Shown: piece by piece, positions 56,001 through 63,954 of the stretch
How the letters are laid out: each line of letters starts with the position of its first letter
Position numbering within the stretch: position 1 is the stretch's first letter
Virus record (IMG/VR): IMGVR_UViG_3300026549_000051
Location: 32,001-96,000 of that record
Strand: one strand, 5' to 3'
Origin: a virus
Lineage: Duplodnaviria; Caudoviricetes
Length of the DNA stretch: 64,000 nt
Program-made: the position numbers and the translations under genes
Notes under the pieces: model-generated
Database searches by the model: none
What the model was told of the DNA's origin: nothing
Seen by the model: the letters and a program-made list of their open reading frames with translations, nothing else

Positions 56001-56830
56001 ATAAGACAATCAACATTACTGTCCCTACCACGGCCGCAGATGTTTCCGCCCTACCGGCCTCCACGAAATATGGTGCAAGCATCACGGTCTCTCTTAACAC
56101 GACAGACTACAAGATGACCACTACCTTGAAGGACCAGGACGGCAACACCCTTGGCACGGCCCAGACCATTGACCTTCCACTTGAATCAGTAGTCGTAAAC
56201 GGTAGCTATGACAGCACGAATAAGAAGATTGTCCTCACCCTCCAGAGTGGTTCTACGATTGATATTCCTGTCGGGGATTTGATTGCCGGACTCCAAACAG
56301 AGATTACCAGTACGAACAAACTAAGTTCTGACCTCGTAGACGACACGAACCATACGCACAAGTTCGTCACGGCCGCCCAAATCACCAAGCTCAACGGTAT
56401 CGCTACTGGTGCAGAGGTAAACGTTCAGTCTGACTGGAACGTCTCTGACAATACGTCCGATGCGTTCATCAAGAATAAGCCTACTATTCCAACAGTGAAC
56501 AATGGTACCCTTACTATCCAGAAGAACGGCACAACGGTCCAGACCTTTACCGCTAACTCAAGCTCAAATAAAACTGCGAATATCACTGTTCCGACTCAAA
56601 CCTCTGAGCTCACCAACAACTCAGGCTTTCTTACTAGCTCAACTGGCGTGACAAGCGTCAACGGTGCTCACGGTGCAGTCACTGGCATTCAGACGACTAG
56701 TAATCTTGTTACGAGCGTGTCATCTAGCTCGACGAATTCGCAATATCCAAGCGCCAAGCTATTTTATGATACTGTCGGCAACGTTGAGAGTGTATTACAA
56801 ACATTAAATAGTGGGAGCGGAGCATCATGA
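53069..56830 (+). CDS. Long tail fibre protein
   Basis: 1253 aa; repeated NKPTIPTVNNATLTIQRNG..TFTANAS..VPTKTSDLTND, LATVATSGSYNDL and KLDGIAAGAEVNVQSDW modules. Confidence 0.85.
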   Translation: MPKCPKDCHKPNPLIFRRVIIPSALGDDKENPPENGAYCNALVIYEANNAMYLYSSDGIPTKIPTSITSYNDLTHKPSINGVELEGDISLEELGISDLIEESVASEATARAEADESLQDAIDAEEAARIAADRDIINSIPTVNDATLTIQRNGTSVGTFTANSASDTTINVDVPIYTSGLINDSGYVTEAALSGYATDQDIEDAVSAEASIRANADQDLQSQIDAISSASDVVDVVGTYAELQNYDTSKLGDNDIVKVLTDSTHDNAISYYRWDDANDTFVYIGSQGPFYTKSETDATFVPQTRTVNGKALSMDIVLTASDVSALPASTVIPTVNNATLTIKRNGNNIASFTANSASDVSADIAVPTKTSDITNDSDFVSDANYVHTDNNFTTTLKDKLDGIAAGAEVNVQSDWSQTNASADDYIKNKPTIPTKTSDLTNDSGYISTLPIAGSNTLGAIKVGTNLSIAADGTLSADAQSITVDSALSSTSTNPVENRVINTALGAKANTADLADVATSGDYDDLLNKPTIPTVNNATLTIQRNGTTVDTFTANASQDKSVNIVVPTATSDLTNDSGFLTSIPTASANTLGGIKVGVGLSITDGVLSTTGGGVADAVEWTNVLNRPTNVSYWTNDAGYITSAALPTKTSDLTNDGSDGTSTYVEADDLATVATSGSYNDLSNKPTIPTVNDATITIQRNSTNVDSFTVNASQNKSINIVVPTKTSDLTNDSNFATTSQIPTKTSDLTNDGSDGTSTYVESDDLATVATSGSYNDLSDKPDIMTGLVEMSYGESNAWAKFLDAYQNKKIVYCRASSNANPATGTQGRKAFMAYVNNAENPTEVEFQYVRSVGNKTASQPVDQVFVYKLTSANGGTWTVTTRDMGPKLAQGTNTTVSYSNGTYTISATQSTVPTKTSDLTNDGSDGASTYVEADELATVATTGSYADLTNKPTIPTVNNATLTIQRNSTSVGTFTANASSNKTINITVPTTAADVSALPASTKYGASITVSLNTTDYKMTTTLKDQDGNTLGTAQTIDLPLESVVVNGSYDSTNKKIVLTLQSGSTIDIPVGDLIAGLQTEITSTNKLSSDLVDDTNHTHKFVTAAQITKLNGIATGAEVNVQSDWNVSDNTSDAFIKNKPTIPTVNNGTLTIQKNGTTVQTFTANSSSNKTANITVPTQTSELTNNSGFLTSSTGVTSVNGAHGAVTGIQTTSNLVTSVSSSSTNSQYPSAKLFYDTVGNVESVLQTLNSGSGAS

Positions 56831-57810
56831 GCATAGCAAGCGAACTATCAGCCCTGAATGGCTACATTCTCGGCGCATATGACGAAATCAACACTAAAGG
56901 CGGCACAGTGCCAGCCAATAAGAATATGGCAAATCTAGCTCCTGCGATCAGCACCATTAGTTCTGGCAGCAGTGTTACCGTCAGCCCTTTGTCTGTCACG
57001 GCAAATGGCACATATACAGCACCAGCTGGCACAGCATACAGCCCAGTGACGGTCAATGTAAGTGGTGGCGGAAGTGTTGGTATACCTAGAGAAGTGTCGA
57101 GTGAGGGCAAATATCAAATGCCGACGAATAACTTTACCCTCAGTCTGCCAGCCAACGCGACGAGTATAGGCCCATATGCTTTGGCCTATGCTTTTTACAA
57201 TTGTGCCAGTCTTACCTCAGTTGACCTAAGCTCTTTAACGACGTTGACCGGCCCAAGTGCTTTGTACTATGCTTTCCAGTCTTGTCGAGCTCTTACCTCA
57301 GTTGACCTAAGCTCTTTAACGACGTTGACCGGCTCATATGCTTTGGCCTACGCTTTCCAGTCTTGCTCCAGTCTTTCCTCAGTTGACTTAAGCTCTTTAA
57401 CGACGTTGACCGGCTCAAATGGTTTGTCCTATGCTTTTTACGGCTGTACCAGTCTTACCTCAGTTGACTTAAGCTCTTTAACGACGGTGACCGACTCAAA
57501 TGGTTTGGCCTACGCTTTCCAGTCTTGCTCCAGTCTTTCCTCAGTTGACTTAAGCTCTTTAACGACGTTGACCGGCTCAAGTGCTTTGGCCAATGCTTTT
57601 CGCTATTGTGGCAGTCTTACGAGCCTCTCATTCCCAGCTCTTACGACCTCCAGCTTTGGGTCTAAGACAAACCAATTCAACAATATGCTTTATGGTGTCA
57701 GGGGGTGTACTGTCCATTTTCCGGCCGCCATCCAGTCAACTATTGGAGGATGGTCGAGTGTTAAGAGCGGCTTCGGCGGCACAAATACGACGGTGTTATT
57801 TGACTTGTAG
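56827..57810 (+). CDS. BspA-like leucine-rich-repeat receptor-binding protein
   Basis: AFxxCxSLTSVDLSSLTTL 27-aa repeats behind an N-terminal trimer-type module; ATGA-coupled to the fibre. Confidence 0.8.
   Translation: MSIASELSALNGYILGAYDEINTKGGTVPANKNMANLAPAISTISSGSSVTVSPLSVTANGTYTAPAGTAYSPVTVNVSGGGSVGIPREVSSEGKYQMPTNNFTLSLPANATSIGPYALAYAFYNCASLTSVDLSSLTTLTGPSALYYAFQSCRALTSVDLSSLTTLTGSYALAYAFQSCSSLSSVDLSSLTTLTGSNGLSYAFYGCTSLTSVDLSSLTTVTDSNGLAYAFQSCSSLSSVDLSSLTTLTGSSALANAFRYCGSLTSLSFPALTTSSFGSKTNQFNNMLYGVRGCTVHFPAAIQSTIGGWSSVKSGFGGTNTTVLFDL
57169..57620 (+). repeat. 81-bp tandem repeat, ~5.6 copies (LRR units)
   Basis: Units start at 57169, 57250, 57331, 57412, 57493 and 57574. Confidence 0.9.
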
Positions 57811-57933
57811 CATAATGTAGCCACAGTTATCTTTATTATGCCAATTGAAACACAGAGATGGCCAATAAAACCCCCATTAGCAGCTACGATGCTATAATTC
57901 TAAGTATGAACATCTATTACTTAGGAGACAACT

Positions 57934-58881
57934 ATGGCTTGTAAAGAATGCGGTGGCAACGGCGGCCACCATAAACCAGGCTGCGGCATGAGCCCGGCTG
58001 TGCTTCAGATAAATAACAAGGACTGCACGCTGTTCCATAGCGTGACTATCCCGGCTATCATGGGCGACGAGACTGAGAACCCTCCGGCAAACGGTTTGTA
58101 CAAGAACGTATTGCTCTACTATGAAGCAAGCGGAAATGCGTATTTTTACTCATCTGACGGCATCCCAACAAAGCTGACCTATGCGACGACTGATTATAAT
58201 GCGCTAACGAATAAGCCGACGATTAATGGCGTGACACTCGAAGGTGCCCTCACCCCAGCGAATCTTGGTATCAACATTAACGATGCTACGCTCACGATTA
58301 AGCAAGGCGACACAACTCTCGGCACATTCTCGGCCAATGCTAGCGAAAATGTAGAAATCAATATCTCAAATGACGAAGCCGTCAGGCTGCGCGTAGGGTG
58401 GACCGGTGGTTCCACTCCGTCGGGCTGGGAATTGCAAGATGAAGATGGAGTAATGTATCGTTATCGCCCAGATACGGCGACGTCCGGGCATGCTAGTATC
58501 GTTGAGTTCGAAATAATGGATGTGTCATTCACTAACGAAGAAACTGAAGAAAGTTTAACCGCGGATCAGGTTTTTAGCCTGTTAGAGGCCGGCAACAAAG
58601 TCATTTTCGACAACGTTCCGCTAGGGGCCTATTATCCGTATGCCTCTAGTGACACCATTTTCTTGCCTACTACGATAGACAATATTGAGTTGTCCGCAAA
58701 GGAGACCGATCGGTTCCAGGACGGTGATGCTCCAGATATAAGCTACACCGGCGGTGTTTATGTTAATGGTATAGACTCTGGGGTAGCGACATACCTTGGC
58801 GCTCGACTGATGTCAGACGGGGACAACACACACTTCTATGTACAAGGACGTGGGCATTATCACAACGATACTCCCGCCTAA
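57934..58881 (+). CDS. Short tail fibre / receptor-binding protein (mosaic)
   Basis: N-domain homologous to 53069, C-domain homologous to 52129. Confidence 0.7.
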   Translation: MACKECGGNGGHHKPGCGMSPAVLQINNKDCTLFHSVTIPAIMGDETENPPANGLYKNVLLYYEASGNAYFYSSDGIPTKLTYATTDYNALTNKPTINGVTLEGALTPANLGININDATLTIKQGDTTLGTFSANASENVEINISNDEAVRLRVGWTGGSTPSGWELQDEDGVMYRYRPDTATSGHASIVEFEIMDVSFTNEETEESLTADQVFSLLEAGNKVIFDNVPLGAYYPYASSDTIFLPTTIDNIELSAKETDRFQDGDAPDISYTGGVYVNGIDSGVATYLGARLMSDGDNTHFYVQGRGHYHNDTPA

Positions 58882-58967
58882 AAAATTCTTTGGTGATTGA
58901 GCCGCTGCTTCTTGGAAGGGTCGGCGGCTTTTTCTTGGGTCGATAAGTCCCGTCGTATAATAGAGGT

Positions 58968-59134
58968 ATGATTTAAATACGTCGAGGATAGCCAAATACG
59001 ACATAAGGGCACGCTCCGGTAGCTCCGTGATGAAAGCGAACAAAGCTGGGCTTCACCCCAGCCCTCGGCATGAACTAACCACCATGTGTGGTAAAGATTA
59101 TAAACGGCCCCGTATCCTACCGGGGCGGTTTTTT
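58968..59134 (+). ncRNA. Candidate structured small RNA
   Basis: TATAAT at 58956; multibranch fold; ends in GCCCCG/CGGGGC plus a T-run. Confidence 0.5.
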
Positions 59135-59171
59135 GATAGCGCCATTTAATCATTGGTATAATAGACGTATA

Positions 59172-59855
59172 ATGATTTACAAGGCTTCTGACATAGCGGA
59201 TAAGTTTCAAACCCATATCGGAGATGGTACGCTGGACATCCCGAATAAGTTTGTGATTGACGCGTTAAACTGGGCGCTTAATGAGTTGCCACGCGTCCCA
59301 AAACTCGCTAAGATTTTCTCAAAACATTTCACTCTCCAGCTCGACGCAAAAGGCCATTATCGCTGGAACCTTAACGGCAAAGTTTTTCGCCGTTTGCTCG
59401 ACATTCCTATCATGAACTTCTATACCACGACTGGCGGCAAGCCATGTAAACTGGAGCTCTGCAACCGTGATAATGTTGAATTTTACAAGACTAACGGCAT
59501 TATTGAACTAAAAGAGGCTGGGCGCCCATGCGAATACACGATAGAGCAAGAAGGCGACAATATCTGGCTCGTGTTAGACCGCCCGTCCGATGTGCCAATT
59601 ATGCTTGATTATATAGCTTACGGTATTCCTAACCAAGTCAAAGATATTGATGATACTATCAGCGTCGACATTTCGGCAATCGCTGAGAACCTCATCCTCG
59701 ACGTCATGCGCGTTGTCTACTTCCACGAAGCCGATGACTTTGCGTTCGCCGCTGACATCAGCGCGTACCTCGATAATAAGAAGGTGGTCGAGGCTATCCA
59801 GATTCTCAATCGCCGATGGGGGAACGAAGAAAGCATAATCTTAGGAGAGCAATAG
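59172..59855 (+). CDS. Putative head-tail adaptor / tubular protein A-like (copy B)
   Basis: Homolog of 14-688; start MIYKAS by homology. Confidence 0.5.
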   Translation: MIYKASDIADKFQTHIGDGTLDIPNKFVIDALNWALNELPRVPKLAKIFSKHFTLQLDAKGHYRWNLNGKVFRRLLDIPIMNFYTTTGGKPCKLELCNRDNVEFYKTNGIIELKEAGRPCEYTIEQEGDNIWLVLDRPSDVPIMLDYIAYGIPNQVKDIDDTISVDISAIAENLILDVMRVVYFHEADDFAFAADISAYLDNKKVVEAIQILNRRWGNEESIILGEQ

Positions 59856-59856
59856 T

Positions 59857-62328
59857 ATGTCCACTCGATGGCAAAACAACCCTCATCCGCATGGAAGAGT
59901 GCCGATTTATTATGCGAATAACCGCCTCTATAACGGGTCCTACGCCCCGACAGAGGCTCCAACGCGTACCAGTCGTCGCATCCACGATGGTTTCGTCCTG
60001 AGTAACAATTACGGCCTCGACACGACATCTGACGACATTAATTCGTCGCTCTATTCCAGCCCATACTACATTAACGGGCGTTATAACTCGGACAATCTTA
60101 CTACTCAGCGAGCCAACTCAGCCTCTGTCCAGGGAACAGAGTTCCTGCTGTCACCACTTGAAACCACGGCAGACTTCACCGATGATGACATTCAGACCAC
60201 TATTGAGATGTGGCAAGGAAAGCAACTTAAGTTCGTTATCCCATATGACGGCAAGGTGGTAGGCAACACTATTACTCTTAAGAACACCGACGAATGCACT
60301 GGCATTCTCTCTATCTACTTCTCGACTAAAGAGGGCGGTGAGCCAGTTTACGAGACAGCAATCGACTTATGCAAGGTGTCGCCTGACCGTTTTGAACACT
60401 TTATTCTCCATTCAATGACTGTCGTGCCACAGCAGGCCAACCCAAAGAAGAAACTCTATGTGCGCATGGAGATTTGGGACGAGGTAGACCAGAAACGCTC
60501 TGCTAACCCATTCAACACTGGGCGAAAAATAGAGATAGCGGCTACCGGCTTAGGCAATCATCAGGCGTGCGTCTATAAGCTCCAAGATAAGAACGTCATG
60601 GTAGATGAGCATTATGACTACAAGGACTATCCTAGCCGACCGCTCATTGGTTTAATTTATAGTGACTACGAGTCTGTTCCGACTGACCGCATCGACAATA
60701 TGAAGACCGGCGCCACGGTATCACTCAATGGTTATCGCTACGACATCTTCTGCGTCAAGAATGGCAGTGGGGCGCAGGTGCTTATCTATGATAAAGAGAT
60801 GAACAAGCTCGTCGAGGGCACCGATATTAGCGTGGACGGACGCATCAAACAGCTCAACATTGCTCAGGCCACTGACACTAATAAAAACACTTGGGTTTAT
60901 TATGTCGATGGTTATTCGCCACTTCAACGTTTCAAGATTGGCGAGTGGCGCAGCGAGGCGTTCCCTACGGGCTCCGCCGACTCCGTGAAAGCAGAGATAG
61001 ATGATAGTGTTTTCTTCGATTCCGATTTAGGGGGAGCATCTGGCACCTATGTGTTCACTTATACGGGTGGACACTGGGAATATAACGAGACAGAGGTCTC
61101 ACTCAGTACCTATGGCATATCATTGATTGGCGGTGGTCCAAGCGAAGGCTCGACTATCACGGTCGTTTATACTGTCACCGACGGTGGCACTAAGACTATC
61201 GAGAGTATCGAGTTCGTGGATGCTCGCCCGGTCGTGGGAGCTAGCCTGATTGTCCACCATAATAACCGCCTGTATTTAGCAGGTTTTCGCAACGATCCAA
61301 ACCTTGTCCAGATTTCATCCATCGAAAAAGACGGTCCGAATTACACGCTGTTCCCATACCGCATCTATGTTCCTAACCGTAGCCCTTACGACACGTCACT
61401 TAACCCAATTACGGCTATCGTAGAGTATTCGACCGATGAGATTATGATTCTCGGCAAGAGTTTCTATGCTCGCTTCCAGTCTAATGTGAATATTGAAGAC
61501 GGCACACCTAGCCAGGTTTCTTCATATATGGATTCTGCGGGCGTACAGGGCCAAGGGGATGTAGTCAACTACAAGGGGGTATTGTACTCATTTGACCAGA
61601 AAGAAGGCATTAGGCGCTATTCTGGGGCCGTCTGGAGCAAATTACCGACGACCGTCGACAGTCATTATGACCGTGTGGATATGACGAAACCACGCAAGAT
61701 TTGGGGCTATGCCAACAAGCTTTACTTCAATTACACTGACAGCATTGATGGCAAAGCGAAATGTCTTATCTGGGATATGCAGATGAACTACCAGCAATAC
61801 CCGTGGTTCCAAGATGTGGACATTCCATTCTGCGACGCTCGCTTTGACGAAACAGAAGACCTGATTGGCATCCATCCTGACTACCCGTGCATTATGCGCC
61901 TATACGCAGAGGACATCTGGGCTCGCCTAGACACACCTATCGTGTTCCGCCGAGATACTAAGTACCTCTCCCTTCCAGGCAATGCCGCGGATATTATTGT
62001 CAAGCGCGTCCACGCCAAGATTATTAACAACGCCAACCGATGGTGGTATCTATCAATCAACGGCGATAAACAAAATATGACCCAGTTTAGGGGTCATGAT
62101 AAATATTATCGTCAGCCAGTCTGGGACACCATTACGGTCCAGGAGCCTGCCGAGACGCCATTCCCATTTGAGGATGTGTTCGAGGAAAATGCTATTTACC
62201 AGATGTCACTCACGAACATTCGCTTGCAATGTTCGGCCGTTCAGGTAAGAGCAAAAACAAAGACCTTCCGCAACCAAGCTAACCTGGTTAGCATTGCACT
62301 AGAAGTTCAACCGCATCAGTTCTTATGA
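59857..62328 (+). CDS. Putative tail nozzle / tubular protein B-like (copy B)
   Basis: Homolog of 688-3243. Confidence 0.55.
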   Translation: MSTRWQNNPHPHGRVPIYYANNRLYNGSYAPTEAPTRTSRRIHDGFVLSNNYGLDTTSDDINSSLYSSPYYINGRYNSDNLTTQRANSASVQGTEFLLSPLETTADFTDDDIQTTIEMWQGKQLKFVIPYDGKVVGNTITLKNTDECTGILSIYFSTKEGGEPVYETAIDLCKVSPDRFEHFILHSMTVVPQQANPKKKLYVRMEIWDEVDQKRSANPFNTGRKIEIAATGLGNHQACVYKLQDKNVMVDEHYDYKDYPSRPLIGLIYSDYESVPTDRIDNMKTGATVSLNGYRYDIFCVKNGSGAQVLIYDKEMNKLVEGTDISVDGRIKQLNIAQATDTNKNTWVYYVDGYSPLQRFKIGEWRSEAFPTGSADSVKAEIDDSVFFDSDLGGASGTYVFTYTGGHWEYNETEVSLSTYGISLIGGGPSEGSTITVVYTVTDGGTKTIESIEFVDARPVVGASLIVHHNNRLYLAGFRNDPNLVQISSIEKDGPNYTLFPYRIYVPNRSPYDTSLNPITAIVEYSTDEIMILGKSFYARFQSNVNIEDGTPSQVSSYMDSAGVQGQGDVVNYKGVLYSFDQKEGIRRYSGAVWSKLPTTVDSHYDRVDMTKPRKIWGYANKLYFNYTDSIDGKAKCLIWDMQMNYQQYPWFQDVDIPFCDARFDETEDLIGIHPDYPCIMRLYAEDIWARLDTPIVFRRDTKYLSLPGNAADIIVKRVHAKIINNANRWWYLSINGDKQNMTQFRGHDKYYRQPVWDTITVQEPAETPFPFEDVFEENAIYQMSLTNIRLQCSAVQVRAKTKTFRNQANLVSIALEVQPHQFL

Positions 62329-62676
62329 TTTAGGTATTTCTACATGCAGCTCGTTGGCAAATATTCTTATTTGCCTTCTGAGCCGTATAAGGTCTAGTTG
62401 GCTAAAATAAAACTCGCCTAGCTTCTTAAGGTAGGCGTTTTTTTGACGCAGATGGTCGTTAGAGATAACCTCTTGGTCGATGCAATCTAAGAAGGCGCCA
62501 CTAATGTCCATTTGTTTAGCCTCTTTGACGATGATACTCTTAACGAAACTGCTGTTCGTGAGTATTCTAGCGAGCGTCTTAGGTGGGTATACCGATACCA
62601 GATGCGCCGCTAAAACACGATACGGGTCGTCGTAGGCCCGATTGAAGACGATTCTTTTCCCATCCATTTTATACAC
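62323..62676 (-). CDS. Conserved hypothetical protein (copy B)
   Basis: Homolog of 3240-3575. Confidence 0.75.
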   Translation of the reverse strand: MYKMDGKRIVFNRAYDDPYRVLAAHLVSVYPPKTLARILTNSSFVKSIIVKEAKQMDISGAFLDCIDQEVISNDHLRQKNAYLKKLGEFYFSQLDLIRLRRQIRIFANELHVEIPKS

Positions 62677-62986
62677 CCCATGAACTTTTATTTCGACGAC
62701 TGCCCCGGCGACGAGAGTTCTCTTTCTTGCTACGGTTAGTGGTACGGGAAACCACTCTCAGATTGCTAGCTGAGTTATCTCTCGGGTTGCTGTTCTTGTG
62801 GTCAATCTCTCTGCCATCGCCAACCTTAGCTCGCCCGGAGCGAATAGCCGAGCGACGCGCGTTGTTGCGTGCCGCCCGGTCTTTCTTTGCCTTATCAGAA
62901 CTCTGGAACTTACTGTACTCATGGGCAATACCAGCAGCTGTACGCTTCTGTTTGCCGTTTGAGTCAGTATACCAAAATCTCCCCAT
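62669..62986 (-). CDS. Small basic HNH-motif protein (copy B, uninterrupted locus)
   Basis: Homolog of 4111-4425; ends SSWGV. Confidence 0.7.
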   Translation of the reverse strand: MGRFWYTDSNGKQKRTAAGIAHEYSKFQSSDKAKKDRAARNNARRSAIRSGRAKVGDGREIDHKNSNPRDNSASNLRVVSRTTNRSKKENSRRRGSRRNKSSWGV

Positions 62987-63447
62987 TAGGCTCCTGCTGC
63001 CTGTGCCAATCTCTGTTGGTATTCTTTATATTGGCGTTCGGCATCTTCCTTCGAGGTGCCATTTAAGACAGCCTTGAAGATGTCTAGTTCATGTTGCTTG
63101 TTCATATATGCACGACGGCGTTCTTCAAGCTCGTCGGCTTCTTTCTTATCTTCTGCGATAAGCGCGTTATATGCTCCGGCTAGTTCATCAGTAGTCGGAA
63201 GGGCACGCCATTCAGCTTCGATGTCGGCATGCTCAATACCACGGCGCCACAACAAAAACACGGCGTTAGTGGCCTCTGACGCAATCCAGGTTTTCAACAA
63301 TGCTTCGTTGATTGGATTACCATTAACCATACCTGCGGCGTCATTAAAAATAGTTGGGATATTAGAGAAACGGGCAATGTCGTTCTCGTCCGTCAAACGC
63401 TCTAATACCTTCTTAACGATTTGGTTTGCTTGCTTAGCTTCTTCCAC
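62986..63447 (-). CDS. Conserved hypothetical protein (copy B)
   Basis: Homolog of 4428-4889; GTG start, AAGGAGG RBS. Confidence 0.8.
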   Translation of the reverse strand: MEEAKQANQIVKKVLERLTDENDIARFSNIPTIFNDAAGMVNGNPINEALLKTWIASEATNAVFLLWRRGIEHADIEAEWRALPTTDELAGAYNALIAEDKKEADELEERRRAYMNKQHELDIFKAVLNGTSKEDAERQYKEYQQRLAQAAGA

Positions 63448-63491
63448 AGCTTTGCCTCCTTTATGTTACTAATATAAATATAACACAAAGC

Positions 63492-63818
63492 CTAGGCGGC
63501 GTTCAATTCGGCGATAGCCTCGTTGATAGTCTTTAGCTGGTTGGCTGTGCTAATAATGTTGCTGCGCAGTTTGTCGAGACCAGTCTGGTAAGATTGCTGA
63601 ATCTTTATCTGGTTTGGTTGATAAGTCTGGGTATCGTACTTAATCTTATCCCGTTGTGGAAAGTTCGAGTAGAGTGCCCCGGCCGTGTTCGCATTCGACA
63701 TGATAGACGCATAGTCATTGCGACGCGTGTTATCAAGATTCTGCATAGCCAAGTCCCGTTGCTGTTGCAGACTATCCCTATACGCATTAATGAAGGGATC
63801 TATTGTGTCATTAATCAT
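63492..63818 (-). CDS. Coiled-coil hypothetical protein (short allele)
   Basis: Homolog of the 4927-5610 N-terminus. Confidence 0.75.
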   Translation of the reverse strand: MINDTIDPFINAYRDSLQQQRDLAMQNLDNTRRNDYASIMSNANTAGALYSNFPQRDKIKYDTQTYQPNQIKIQQSYQTGLDKLRSNIISTANQLKTINEAIAELNAA

Positions 63819-63840
63819 ACCCTTATTTTATAATATAAAT
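63819..63840. promoter_or_regulatory. Bidirectional leaderless promoter (copy B)
   Basis: 22 bp, TTATTTTATAAT core, six nt to each ATG. Confidence 0.7.
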
Positions 63841-63954
63841 ATGACAAAGCAATTAATTCCACGCGTCACACCTGATATGCTGAAAAATCAGCCGGATCAA
63901 TTTTGCGACATCCTAAATAAGGTGATTGACGCAATCAATAAGCAGAGCTCCTAG
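63841..63954 (+). CDS. 37-aa protein (short allele of 5633)
   Basis: MTKQLIPRVTPDMLKNQPDQFCDILNKVIDAINKQSS vs MPRQLFPRITPVMLDRNPDQVCDILNRAL. Confidence 0.75.
   Translation: MTKQLIPRVTPDMLKNQPDQFCDILNKVIDAINKQSS

Noticed and set aside
57169-57620. CRISPR array
   Set aside because: The period is 81 bp (27 codons), in frame within an LRR gene, and the variable parts are homologous to each other rather than unique spacers; no cas genes.
52129-58881. Diversity-generating retroelement acting on fibres
   Set aside because: No reverse transcriptase ORF and no template/variable pair differing only at adenines.
530-63833. Numerous antisense or alternate-frame ORFs in the track (e.g. 17093-17779, 12751-13320, 49356-49886)
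   Set aside because: They shadow well-supported genes and lack RBSs or motifs. The antisense ORFs shared by both copies follow from conservation of the sense gene.
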